Assembly (NCBI GenBank): GCA_944371445.1
Contig: CALVXR010000038.1
Span: 1 to 39,753 of the forward strand
Direction of reading: 5' to 3'
DNA: 39,753 nt
Source: an uncultured Bacilli bacterium
Lineage (GTDB): Bacteria; Bacillota_I; Bacilli_A; RF39; UBA660
Positions 29,369 to 38,221 of the stretch are shown here, one piece after another. Made by a program: the position numbers and the translations under genes. The notes below the pieces were generated by a model, which saw only the letters and a list, made by a program, of their open reading frames with translations, did not search any database and had not been told where the DNA came from. Within the stretch, counting starts at the first letter, position 1. Every line of letters starts with the position of its first letter.

Positions 29369-29572
29369 TTATTCAGCTGTTTTAACAACTTCTTTACCTT
29401 TGTATGTACCACAAGCTTTACATACTCTATGTGGTCTTACTTCTTCTCCACATTTTGGACATTTAACTGTTGCATTTTCACTAATTTTGTAATGTGTTCT
29501 TCTTTTTCTTCCTCTAGTTTTACTTACTTTTCTAAATGGAACAGCAAATAATTGTAATTCTAATTTCATCAT
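29369..29572 (-). CDS. rpmF: 50S ribosomal protein L32 (Zn-ribbon type) with 8-9 aa N-terminal extension
   Basis: [20 protein letters not shown] and PHRVCKACG; downstream of yceD; GAGGTG RBS. Confidence 0.97.
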   Translation of the reverse strand: MMKLELQLFAVPFRKVSKTRGRKRRTHYKISENATVKCPKCGEEVRPHRVCKACGTYKGKEVVKTAE

Positions 29573-29587
29573 TTATAACACCTCTTT

Positions 29588-30076
29588 TCATTTAAATAAA
29601 TCTTTTAATTTAGCAAATTCAGGATTTATATTTTCTTCTTCTTCATCCTCTTCGATTAATTTCCATCCCTTACCCTCTTTTTTTATTGAAGATATATCAG
29701 AGTTTACAACTCTCATGGGAATTTCCATTAATATATTTTCCCATATTATTGGAAAAATATCAATAGTATTTTCTACTTTTTTTACATTTTCGTCTATTTC
29801 TTCAAGTAATGTTAATAAATTTTCATCTATTTTAATACTAAAATCATAATTTGTTGGTTTTAAAGAAATACTGCATGGCAAAATCATAGTACCATAAATA
29901 TCAAGTGATACGTAAAAATCATAATTTGAATTTCTAGTAATCTCACCCTCTACTTTAACATTATCTAAACTAATTATTTTAGCTTTTTTTAGTAGATCTT
30001 CTGATACTTGTAAATTTTCATTTATTATGACCTTATCTTCAATACCATTTTTTAGTTTTATTAAATCAATAAACAA
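29588..30076 (-). CDS. yceD: YceD/DUF177 family protein
   Basis: LPCSISL, ENILMEIPMR and INPEFAKLKDL motifs; TTG start after GGTGG; synteny with rpmF. Confidence 0.9.
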   Translation of the reverse strand: MFIDLIKLKNGIEDKVIINENLQVSEDLLKKAKIISLDNVKVEGEITRNSNYDFYVSLDIYGTMILPCSISLKPTNYDFSIKIDENLLTLLEEIDENVKKVENTIDIFPIIWENILMEIPMRVVNSDISSIKKEGKGWKLIEEDEEEENINPEFAKLKDLFK

Positions 30077-30179
30077 TATATCACCACCAAGCGTTATAAT
30101 TATACTAAAATTAATAAAAAAAATCAATATATATTTATTAATTAAAAAGAGTATGTTATTATAAAAAAAAGGAGGCACC

Positions 30180-31325
30180 ATGAAAGCAACTGGAATCATA
30201 TGTGAATATAATCCATTTCATAATGGTCATATTTATCATCTAAATAAAGTTAAAGAATTAAATAAAGATAATTGTATTATTCTTGTTATGAGCAGTTATT
30301 TTATGCAAAGAGGAGAAGTAAATATTTTAAATAAATGGGATAGAACTTCTATTGCACTCCTTTATGGAGTTGATATTGTAGTAGAGCTTCCATTTGTATT
30401 TGCTACTCAAAGTGCTGATACATTTGCATATGGAGGTATATCTCTTTTAAATTACTTAAAAGTAGATAATATTGTATTTGGTAGTGAAACAAGTGATATA
30501 AATGAATTAACTGAAATAGCAAATATTCAAAATAGTTCAAATTATAATATGTCAGTAAAAAAATACTTAGATAAAGGTCTTAATTATCCTACATCTATGA
30601 GTAAAGCTTTATATGAGCTTGGATTAAATAAAATTGATAACCCTAATGATTTACTTGGAATCAGTTATATAAAAGCTATAAATAAATTAAATAGCAATAT
30701 AACCCCTATAGCAATAAAAAGAACAAATTCATATCATAATAGTGATATAAATAACAGTATAGTGAGCGCTAGTACTATCAGAAGTAATTTAAGAAATAAT
30801 ATTAATATGGATCATACAATTCCAAAAGAAACTAAAAATAAGCTAAACAGAATTATTACTATGGAAGATTATTTTCCTATTTTAAAATACAAAATTTTAA
30901 CCGAAGATGATTTAGATAAATACAAATCTGTTGATGAAGGTTTAGCACCTAAAATAAAAAAAGAAATTTTAGATTCTAAAAGTTATGATGAATTAATAAT
31001 GAAAATTAAATCAAAAAGATATACTTATAATAGATTATCTAGAATGTTTACTCATATATTATGCAATTTTACTAAAGATGAAGATATCCATACAAAAGAT
31101 ATTGATTATATAAGAATACTTGGGTTCAGTAAAAAAGGAAAGCATTATTTAAATCAAGTAAAAAAAGATATAAATATTCCTGTAATAACTAATTATAAGA
31201 AAAACACAAGTAAAATTCTAGAACTTGAATTTAGAGCTACAAAAGCATATGCCTCTATATTTGATGAAGAAACAAAAATAAAAATTATTAAAGATGAGTA
31301 TCAAAAAAAGCCTATTATTAAATAA
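30180..31325 (+). CDS. tmcAL: tRNA(Met) cytidine acetate ligase
   Basis: GIICEYNPFHNGH, QRGE, FGSE, PNDLLG, SASTIR and KRYT motifs; divergent from yceD as in Bacilli. Confidence 0.93.
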   Translation: MKATGIICEYNPFHNGHIYHLNKVKELNKDNCIILVMSSYFMQRGEVNILNKWDRTSIALLYGVDIVVELPFVFATQSADTFAYGGISLLNYLKVDNIVFGSETSDINELTEIANIQNSSNYNMSVKKYLDKGLNYPTSMSKALYELGLNKIDNPNDLLGISYIKAINKLNSNITPIAIKRTNSYHNSDINNSIVSASTIRSNLRNNINMDHTIPKETKNKLNRIITMEDYFPILKYKILTEDDLDKYKSVDEGLAPKIKKEILDSKSYDELIMKIKSKRYTYNRLSRMFTHILCNFTKDEDIHTKDIDYIRILGFSKKGKHYLNQVKKDINIPVITNYKKNTSKILELEFRATKAYASIFDEETKIKIIKDEYQKKPIIK

Positions 31326-31335
31326 GCTTTTTTTA

Positions 31336-32745
31336 TTATATTTTCTCAATTTTTAAGAAGTTTGTAGTTTTAACTTTAGTATTATTAGGGAATCCACCTG
31401 TTATAACAATGATATCTCCTTCTTGTAAATTTAAGAAATTTGTAGCTTTTTCTTTTGAATCATTAACAACCTCATCAGTACTGTTATATACTGGTGTAAG
31501 TACAGGATATACTCCCCAGTTAAGAGCTAAACTTCTAGCTACTTCTTTAGTTGGACAAGCAGCTAAGATAATACTTTCTGGTTTTAAATTACTAATTTTT
31601 CTTGCACTATATCCACTCATAGTTGCTGCTACTATAGCTTTTACATCTAAACTTTTTGCACAATCTATTACACTTCTTGCAATAGTTTCTGTAACATCAA
31701 CTTTACGAGCTGATTCAAATTCGTAATCATAGTCATAATATTTTTCAGCATTTTCGCAAATGCTAGCCATATTTTGAACAACTTCAACTGGATATTTACC
31801 AACTGTTGTTTCACCTGATAACATAACTGCATCTGTACCATCTAATACAGCGTTAGCTACATCAGATACTTCTGCTCTAGTTGGTCTAGCACTTTTCTTC
31901 ATTGATTCTAACATTTCAGTTGCTACAATACAGAATTTACCTTGTTCACGACATTTTTGAATCATTAATTTTTGATAAATTGGAAGTGAATGCATTGGAA
32001 CTTCTACACCTAAATCTCCACGAGCTACCATAATACCATCAGATACTTCTATAATAGAATCTAAATTATCAATACCTTGCATACTTTCTATTTTAGAAAT
32101 TACTTTTATATCTTCTCTACCTTCTGCTTTAAATATTTCACGAGCTTCAAGTACATCTTCTTTAGTATTTACAAAAGAAAGTGCTACAAAGTCTGCTTCA
32201 TGATGACATGCATAAATTAAATCTTCTCTATCTACATCACTAATAAATGGAATGTCTAATTTTACTCCAGGTGCATTAAGACTTTTTTTATTTCCTAAAA
32301 CTCCACCATTAACAACTTTACATGTTACACCATCATCTTCAGTAGAGATAACTTCTATTTTCATAAGTCCATTTTCAAGTAAAATTACATCTCCAACTTT
32401 TAAAGAATCTAAAGCTTGTGGATGATTTACAGAAAATCTTTCTTCGTTTCCAAGTACTTCTTCTTTTACAACTCTTATTGTTTTTCCTTCTACTAAATTA
32501 ATTTCATCATTTTCAAGCATACCATTTCTAAATTCTGGTCCTTTTGTATCATATAAAATTCCTACATTAATACCTGTTCTTTTAGTAACTTCATGTACTG
32601 ATTCTACAACACCAATTTTTTCTTCTAAAGTTGCATGTGAACAGTTTATTCTAGCTACATTCATACCTGCTAGGACCATTTTTTCCATTACATCTGGATT
32701 ACAGCTTGAAGGTCCTATACTACAAATAATTTTTGTTTTCTTCAT
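31336..32745 (-). CDS. pyk: Pyruvate kinase
   Basis: KTKIICSIGP, DTKGPE, KIE, MVARGDLGVE, PTRAE and MLSGET motifs. Confidence 0.98.
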   Translation of the reverse strand: MKKTKIICSIGPSSCNPDVMEKMVLAGMNVARINCSHATLEEKIGVVESVHEVTKRTGINVGILYDTKGPEFRNGMLENDEINLVEGKTIRVVKEEVLGNEERFSVNHPQALDSLKVGDVILLENGLMKIEVISTEDDGVTCKVVNGGVLGNKKSLNAPGVKLDIPFISDVDREDLIYACHHEADFVALSFVNTKEDVLEAREIFKAEGREDIKVISKIESMQGIDNLDSIIEVSDGIMVARGDLGVEVPMHSLPIYQKLMIQKCREQGKFCIVATEMLESMKKSARPTRAEVSDVANAVLDGTDAVMLSGETTVGKYPVEVVQNMASICENAEKYYDYDYEFESARKVDVTETIARSVIDCAKSLDVKAIVAATMSGYSARKISNLKPESIILAACPTKEVARSLALNWGVYPVLTPVYNSTDEVVNDSKEKATNFLNLQEGDIIVITGGFPNNTKVKTTNFLKIEKI

Positions 32746-32825
32746 TTACATACTCCTCCATTTCGCACTTACAATAATATCACAAAATCACTATAAAAAT
32801 CAACTTTTTTAGTCTTAAAATCAAT

Positions 32826-32838
32826 AAAAAAATAAATT
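32826..32838 (+). repeat. Left copy of 13-bp target-site duplication
   Basis: AAAAAAATAAATT, identical to 34429-34441. Confidence 0.8.
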
Positions 32839-32940
32839 TGTATTTTAAAAAATGAAGTGCACAATTATTGTGCAGTAAGTTTTATAATGTTTTATAATAT
32901 TACATAAGCAATTTATTTGTCATTAAAGGAGGTATTGAAA

Positions 32941-34149
32941 ATGGCAAATTATTGTCATCTATCTTATGAAGATAGAAAAAATATTGAAGACGGATTAAAT
33001 AATAATAAATCAATTAATCAAATCGCAAATGAAATTAATAGAAATCATTCTTCTGTATTAAGAGAAATAGATAGAAATAAAACTTTTTCTAAACCTTCTA
33101 ATTGGAATTGTGGAAATATTTATGAAAATCCTAATTATGATCCTCATTGTCCTAAATTAGATAAATCACCTTATGTTTGTAATGGTTGTAAATCTAGAAG
33201 TGGTTGTAGAAAAGAAAGATATACTTATTATGCTAGAAAAGCTGATGATTCTTATAGAGAAATTAAAAGTGATTCTAGAAAAGGTATTAATTTAACTCCT
33301 GAAGAAGTTTATGTAATCAATACAACTCTTACACCTCTTATTAAAAAAGGTCAAACTATTAATCACTTATATATAAATTACCCTGATATTTTAAATTTTT
33401 CTAAACCTTCTTTTTATAACTACATTAATAATGGTGTTTTTGAATTTGGACCTTTAGATTTTCCTAGAATAGTTAAATATAAAAAAAGAAAAAATTCAAA
33501 TAAGAGAAGAACTAGAAAAGAACGTGAAATATTGATTAATAGAAAATATTCTGATTTCATTGAATTTACTTCTAACAATCCTGACTTAAATATTGTTGAA
33601 ATGGATACTGTGAAAGGTTTAAAAGATGAATCTGATTGTTTTCTTACATTATTATGGAGAAAATCTAAGTTTATGTTAATATTTAAATTAGAGTCACAAA
33701 CTACAGAAGAAGTAACTAGAATATTTGAAACATTACAATCTATTATTCCTTTAGATATTTATAAACAATTATTCTCTGTTATTCTCACCGATAATGGACG
33801 TGAATTTTTTGATGTTAATAATATTGAATGTATTCATTCAACTGGTGAATATGTTTCTCATTTATTCTTTTGTGACCCACATATGTCTTGTCAAAAAGGT
33901 ATGATTGAAAAAAATCATGAATTTATTAGATATATTTTACCTAAAGGTTCATCATTTAAAAATATTACTCAAAAAGATTGTGATTTAATAATGAATAATA
34001 TTAATTCGTTATGTAGAGATTCACTCAATGGTAAATCTCCATATGAAGCTATGTTATTTTTATGTGATGAATATATTTTAAATTTGATTAATTGTTATTA
34101 TATAAAACCTGACAAAGTTATATTGAATAAAAAATTATTAAACTATTAA
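32941..34149 (+). CDS. IS30-family DDE transposase
   Basis: HLSYEDR...IA...R..S.V.REI.RN HTH, Cys-rich insert, EMDTV, TDNGREF and KGMIEKNH; AAGGAGG RBS. Confidence 0.95.
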   Translation: MANYCHLSYEDRKNIEDGLNNNKSINQIANEINRNHSSVLREIDRNKTFSKPSNWNCGNIYENPNYDPHCPKLDKSPYVCNGCKSRSGCRKERYTYYARKADDSYREIKSDSRKGINLTPEEVYVINTTLTPLIKKGQTINHLYINYPDILNFSKPSFYNYINNGVFEFGPLDFPRIVKYKKRKNSNKRRTRKEREILINRKYSDFIEFTSNNPDLNIVEMDTVKGLKDESDCFLTLLWRKSKFMLIFKLESQTTEEVTRIFETLQSIIPLDIYKQLFSVILTDNGREFFDVNNIECIHSTGEYVSHLFFCDPHMSCQKGMIEKNHEFIRYILPKGSSFKNITQKDCDLIMNNINSLCRDSLNGKSPYEAMLFLCDEYILNLINCYYIKPDKVILNKKLLNY

Positions 34150-34294
34150 AAAAAATAATTATAGCTATCAACTATAATTATCTCGACAAATAAATTGCCA
34201 TACCCATAATTTTAATAATGTGGGGATTGTGCACTTAGTTTTAAAAAATGTACAATTCCTACACTTTTTGTCGTGGAACTAATGTTCTTTGACA
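34148..34294 (-). ncRNA. Candidate ~145-nt RNA inside the IS30 right end
   Basis: TG-A-TATACT at 34301-09 on the minus strand; 10-bp hairpin 34155-34181 plus T run on the minus strand; no credible ORF. Confidence 0.45.
34275..34288. promoter_or_regulatory. LexA (Cheo) box-like site
   Basis: GGAAC-TAAT-GTTCT fits GAAC-N4-GTTC. Confidence 0.5.
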
Positions 34295-34428
34295 ATCAAT
34301 AGTATATCATATTTTATAAATTTTTTATATATTTTCTTTTTAAATCAACTAAAAAATGTGCATTTTCTTATGAAAACACATTTTATGTCGTAATGCACTT
34401 AATTGTGCACTTTATATTTTATTTAACG

Positions 34429-34441
34429 AAAAAAATAAATT
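34429..34441 (+). repeat. Right copy of 13-bp target-site duplication
   Basis: AAAAAAATAAATT; overlaps one arm of the hairpin at 34431-34459. Confidence 0.8.
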
Positions 34442-34451
34442 TATAATAAAT

Positions 34452-35267
34452 TTATTTTTGACATATAGGGCAAAAATAAGTTCCCCTTCCACCAACTTTT
34501 ATCTTTTCAATTTTATTTTTACATAACGGACATTCTGTTTTGGTATGAACTAGTAACTTATTTTGAAATCTTCCATGAACACCTTCACTAGATTCATAAG
34601 ATATAATAGTAGTTCCCCCTAATGTTATAGCTTCTTTTAAAACTTTTTTAGTATTTTCAATAATTAATAACAATTCACCATCATTAAGTTCACTACATCT
34701 TTTTAAAGGATTAATTTTACTTAAAAATAATATTTCATCGGCATATATATTTCCAATACCAACTACTATTGTTTGATCAAGTAAAACAGTTTTAATAGGT
34801 AATCTTTTATTTTTATATTTTTCTTTTAAGTAATTTATAGTAAGTTTTTCATCAAAAGGTTCAAGGCCAAGCTCCGAAAGTGGCATTACACTAAAAGCCT
34901 TGTCTTTTTCAAGTAAATACATTCTACCAAATTTTCTAGTATCATTGTATCTTAAACTAGTATTATCAGAAAAAATAAAACTAACATGTTCATGTTTTAA
35001 TTTTTCATCATCCTTATTTCTAATAAAATATTTACCTTCCATACGTAAATGAGAAACCAGATAATAATCGTTTAAATCAAAAATTAGCCATTTGCCTCTT
35101 CTTTTTATATCAATTATTTTTTTACCTATACATTTTTTTATAAATTCATTACTTTTAGGTGCTGAAATTATATTTTCATAGTATACTTTTACATCAACTA
35201 TTTTTTTATTAAGTATATGTTTTTTCAATGTTTCTTTTACAGTTTCTACTTCTGGTAGTTCTGGCAT
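34452..35267 (-). CDS. mutM: Formamidopyrimidine-DNA glycosylase
   Basis: MPELPEVE, RRGK, HLRMEG, GIGNIYADE and a C4 zinc finger. Confidence 0.98.
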   Translation of the reverse strand: MPELPEVETVKETLKKHILNKKIVDVKVYYENIISAPKSNEFIKKCIGKKIIDIKRRGKWLIFDLNDYYLVSHLRMEGKYFIRNKDDEKLKHEHVSFIFSDNTSLRYNDTRKFGRMYLLEKDKAFSVMPLSELGLEPFDEKLTINYLKEKYKNKRLPIKTVLLDQTIVVGIGNIYADEILFLSKINPLKRCSELNDGELLLIIENTKKVLKEAITLGGTTIISYESSEGVHGRFQNKLLVHTKTECPLCKNKIEKIKVGGRGTYFCPICQK

Positions 35268-35314
35268 AATATCACCTCTAATACCCAATTATTATAACAT
35301 TATTTTTTTTATTT

Positions 35315-35343
35315 GCATATTTATTATTTATATTTCATAAATT
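35315..35343 (+). promoter_or_regulatory. Sigma-E-like sporulation promoter
   Basis: gcATA-16-CATAaatT upstream of gerQ. Confidence 0.55.
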
Positions 35344-35362
35344 TTTATGAAAGGAGAATTAT

Positions 35363-35728
35363 ATGAATAACGAATTTTATCCTAATTTTTATTCTAATAA
35401 TAATATAGGTAGTCCACTTTATTATGGAAAAAACGAAACTCCAAATCAGACTACAGCACCTACTACTGGAAATAATTTAAATGAAGATTATATTGAAGGT
35501 ATACTCAAAAAAGTTGAACCTATAAAAGCTACCGTTTATATGACTTTCCCAGGTTCTAAAGACTGGACTGACAGAGTATTCAGTGGTATTATTGAAGCAT
35601 CTGGAAGAGATCACATTATTTTAAGTCATCCAGAAAACGGAATATTTACATTACTTCCTAATATATATGTAGATTTTATTGAATTTGACGAAAATATAAA
35701 AAAATATATTAGAAATGAAAATGTTTAA
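35363..35728 (+). CDS. gerQ: Spore coat protein GerQ
   Basis: YIEGIL, ATVYMTF, W.DRVFSGIIEASGRDHIILS.P and F.EFDE motifs. Confidence 0.88.
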   Translation: MNNEFYPNFYSNNNIGSPLYYGKNETPNQTTAPTTGNNLNEDYIEGILKKVEPIKATVYMTFPGSKDWTDRVFSGIIEASGRDHIILSHPENGIFTLLPNIYVDFIEFDENIKKYIRNENV

Positions 35729-35774
35729 TTGATAATTTTTTAAATATTTGCTATACTCTTATTAGGGTGATAGT

Positions 35775-36320
35775 ATGCTTTTTACAATGATAGTCTTATT
35801 ACTTTTAATGATATGTAGTTTAATTCTTATAATATATGCAAGTATTTATAATAGATTTCAAAGTTACAATATAAAAATAAATGAAGCCGAAGCCTCAATT
35901 GATTCTATATTAAGGAAAAGATTTGATTTGCTCAACAAATCTATAGGTGTTATAAAATCTATTTTGGATGAGGAAGAAGATGTTTTAGATTCTATAGTAA
36001 AGCTACGTTCTAGAAAACTAAGTAACTTTGAACTAGATAGAAAAATTTATGATGCCATAAATGAATTTAATAATTATAAGGAAGAACACAAGGAACTACA
36101 AAAAAATGAAAGTTTCATCAAAATAGAGATTGGTCTTAATGAATCTGAATCAGAAATAGTAGCTCTTCGTAAATATTATAATGATATAATAACTGATTAT
36201 AATGAGCTTACTAAAAAATTCCCAGCTAATATAGTGGGAAAATTAAGTCATTTTGAACCTAAAACATATTTTGATGGAAAAAATATGGAAGATGATATTA
36301 TAAATGACTTTAAATTATAA
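35775..36320 (+). CDS. lemA: LemA family protein
   Basis: N-terminal TM, YN, ID..L.KR.DL, R.YYN...YN and FPANIV motifs. Confidence 0.85.
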   Translation: MLFTMIVLLLLMICSLILIIYASIYNRFQSYNIKINEAEASIDSILRKRFDLLNKSIGVIKSILDEEEDVLDSIVKLRSRKLSNFELDRKIYDAINEFNNYKEEHKELQKNESFIKIEIGLNESESEIVALRKYYNDIITDYNELTKKFPANIVGKLSHFEPKTYFDGKNMEDDIINDFKL

Positions 36321-36342
36321 AAATACTGATAACCAGTATTTT
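36321..36342. terminator. Bidirectional terminator
   Basis: AAATACTG-ataac-CAGTATTT between convergent genes. Confidence 0.7.
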
Positions 36343-36785
36343 TATTTTTTACTTTTATTTGAAGAACCTTTTAAAGTTTTTATTATATAAGTTATTGTAA
36401 TTAAAAGTACTATAGCAACAATTATTATATATATTTTATATTCATATAAGATATTATCATTTTTACTTTTATCCTTTTTTATATTATCTTCATCTACTTT
36501 TATTACATATTCACCATCTTTGGAATAAAGATAATTTTCCCTTGCAAATCTTGCTAAATATTCTGGATCTTTAAGTTTAGTAACTTCATTTTTTAAATCA
36601 AGTTCTTCTTCTTTCAAATCATTTAACTGATTTGTAAGTCTAGCTTCTTCTATAGTTAATTTTTTTATTTTATAAGAATATGTAATTAAATCTACTAAGC
36701 AAAAAAGCATAATAAAACAAGATATTGTTCCAAATATCATAAGACGTCTTTTAGATGCTTTGGATATTTTCTTTTGCTTAGCCAT
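36342..36785 (-). CDS. divIC: Septum formation initiator DivIC/FtsB with an extra C-terminal TM
   Basis: TM, coiled coil, DPEYLARFARE..LYSKDGE; follows yabPQ. Confidence 0.9.
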   Translation of the reverse strand: MAKQKKISKASKRRLMIFGTISCFIMLFCLVDLITYSYKIKKLTIEEARLTNQLNDLKEEELDLKNEVTKLKDPEYLARFARENYLYSKDGEYVIKVDEDNIKKDKSKNDNILYEYKIYIIIVAIVLLITITYIIKTLKGSSNKSKK

Positions 36786-36815
36786 TTAATCACCTCTATC
36801 TATTAAAAGAGTATA

Positions 36816-37100
36816 TCATTTTTTTATATGATTATCAAGAAGTGAATGTAAAGTATGTTCTAGTATAAAACCAATTACTATGCAAAAAAACGAATATATA
36901 TGTAATATTCCATTATTTATTTTTTGAAGCATAATAAAATATATCAATGTAAAGTTAAATACTGTAAAAAAAGATAAAAAATAATAATCATATTTCTTTT
37001 GTTTTTTTATATATGGATATAAAAATCTTAGATATAAAGAAAATAAAGTTCCAAATAAAATAGATGCTAATATCAAATTAATTTGTACTTTTAAACTCAT
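36816..37100 (-). CDS. yabQ: Spore cortex protein YabQ (short form)
   Basis: MSL.VQ, hydrophobic helices, INNG.L..Y.F; synteny. Confidence 0.8.
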   Translation of the reverse strand: MSLKVQINLILASILFGTLFSLYLRFLYPYIKKQKKYDYYFLSFFTVFNFTLIYFIMLQKINNGILHIYSFFCIVIGFILEHTLHSLLDNHIKK

Positions 37101-37390
37101 TATTTAAACAATTTATTAAATACACTTTCTTCTTTTGGTTTACTTCCTTTATTTTCCATATATTCCATGCTATTAACAATACCTTTTATAGAAACATTAC
37201 CTTGATATGTATCTAACTTAATTATTTCTAAAGACTCTCCCTTTAATATTAAAAAACCCATAGTTGTTTCCATTAAAAACTCTTCGTCATCAAAACTTTC
37301 TATTTTTTTTACACCTGTTATAATAATATTTTTTCTTTCTGTAATAGTAATCATATGATTATAATTAGTAATAGTTCTATCCTTGTCCAT
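37100..37390 (-). CDS. yabP: Sporulation protein YabP
   Basis: H.ITITERK...ITGV..IESFD, ETTMG.L..KG and FNKLFK motifs; sigma-E-like ATA-15-CATAtatT upstream. Confidence 0.95.
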   Translation of the reverse strand: MDKDRTITNYNHMITITERKNIIITGVKKIESFDDEEFLMETTMGFLILKGESLEIIKLDTYQGNVSIKGIVNSMEYMENKGSKPKEESVFNKLFK

Positions 37391-37436
37391 ATAATTTCCT
37401 CCTATAAGAATATATGAAAAAAAATAGTTTTTATTA

Positions 37437-38213
37437 CTATTTTTTAATATTATTTGCTTGATTTTTTTTCTCTAAATGAGTTAATAATAACAATTCATTT
37501 TTACTCTGCTCACTAAACATATCAAAAATCACATTTAATGATTCTAAATCATCTTCTATTCCTACTAATTTAAAATCTAATTTATTATGTCCTGTAAAAT
37601 AATTATCAACTACATACTCTAAAACTGAAACAATGTTATCATATAACAAATTTCTATTTAACATATAAACTGTCAAAATATTAAGCATAAAATTATCCAT
37701 TCTTTTATCAACAATTTTATTATATGATAGATAAACTGACATTGTTTTACTTTTTTCAGAAAAATTATAATTTCCTATTTTAGAACAGACTATATCAAGT
37801 AAGTAAACATCCTCTCCATCAGTAAGTATATTTTGAGGATTAAGATCACCAACAACAATATCATGCTTATGTAACTCTTCTAAAATTCTCTCCAATTTTT
37901 TTAAAATTTTTATAATTTCTTCTTCTGTTAAGATTCTTCTAGCAACATCTAAAGTAATTCCATTTATTTTTTGCATAGAATATCCTACTTTTTCACCGCT
38001 TAATTCTACCATTTTTTGTGGAAGAGCTACAAAAGGAATCGATAACTGAGAAAATAGTTCAATTTTTTTTAATGTATTTTTTAAAAAATACTTTCTATCA
38101 TAATATACTTTTATTAACGAACCATCTTTATATGTATATATAATTGATTCAAATCCCTCTTTAAATCTCTTTTCTTCTTTTATATCATCAGTCGTTATTT
38201 TTAAAATTTCCAT
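37437..38213 (-). CDS. Stand-alone Ser/Thr protein kinase-like protein
   Basis: GFESIIY, LIKVY (Lys), LH...IVVGDLNPQNIL catalytic loop, LLDIV in place of DFG. Confidence 0.85.
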   Translation of the reverse strand: MEILKITTDDIKEEKRFKEGFESIIYTYKDGSLIKVYYDRKYFLKNTLKKIELFSQLSIPFVALPQKMVELSGEKVGYSMQKINGITLDVARRILTEEEIIKILKKLERILEELHKHDIVVGDLNPQNILTDGEDVYLLDIVCSKIGNYNFSEKSKTMSVYLSYNKIVDKRMDNFMLNILTVYMLNRNLLYDNIVSVLEYVVDNYFTGHNKLDFKLVGIEDDLESLNVIFDMFSEQSKNELLLLTHLEKKNQANNIKK

Positions 38214-38221
38214 ACTACTGC

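Larger units (their letters stand above)
32839..34428 (+). mobile_element. IS30-family insertion sequence
   Basis: Imperfect terminal IRs sharing AAGTGCACAATTA exactly 16 nt from each end; flanked by a 13-bp direct repeat. Confidence 0.88.

Noticed and set aside
30077-30199. Long N-terminal extension of YceD in the ORF track
   Set aside because: It overlaps tmcAL and the promoter region; the RBS supports TTG at 30076. Upstream starts listed for 29347, 32917 and 35288 are likewise unsupported.
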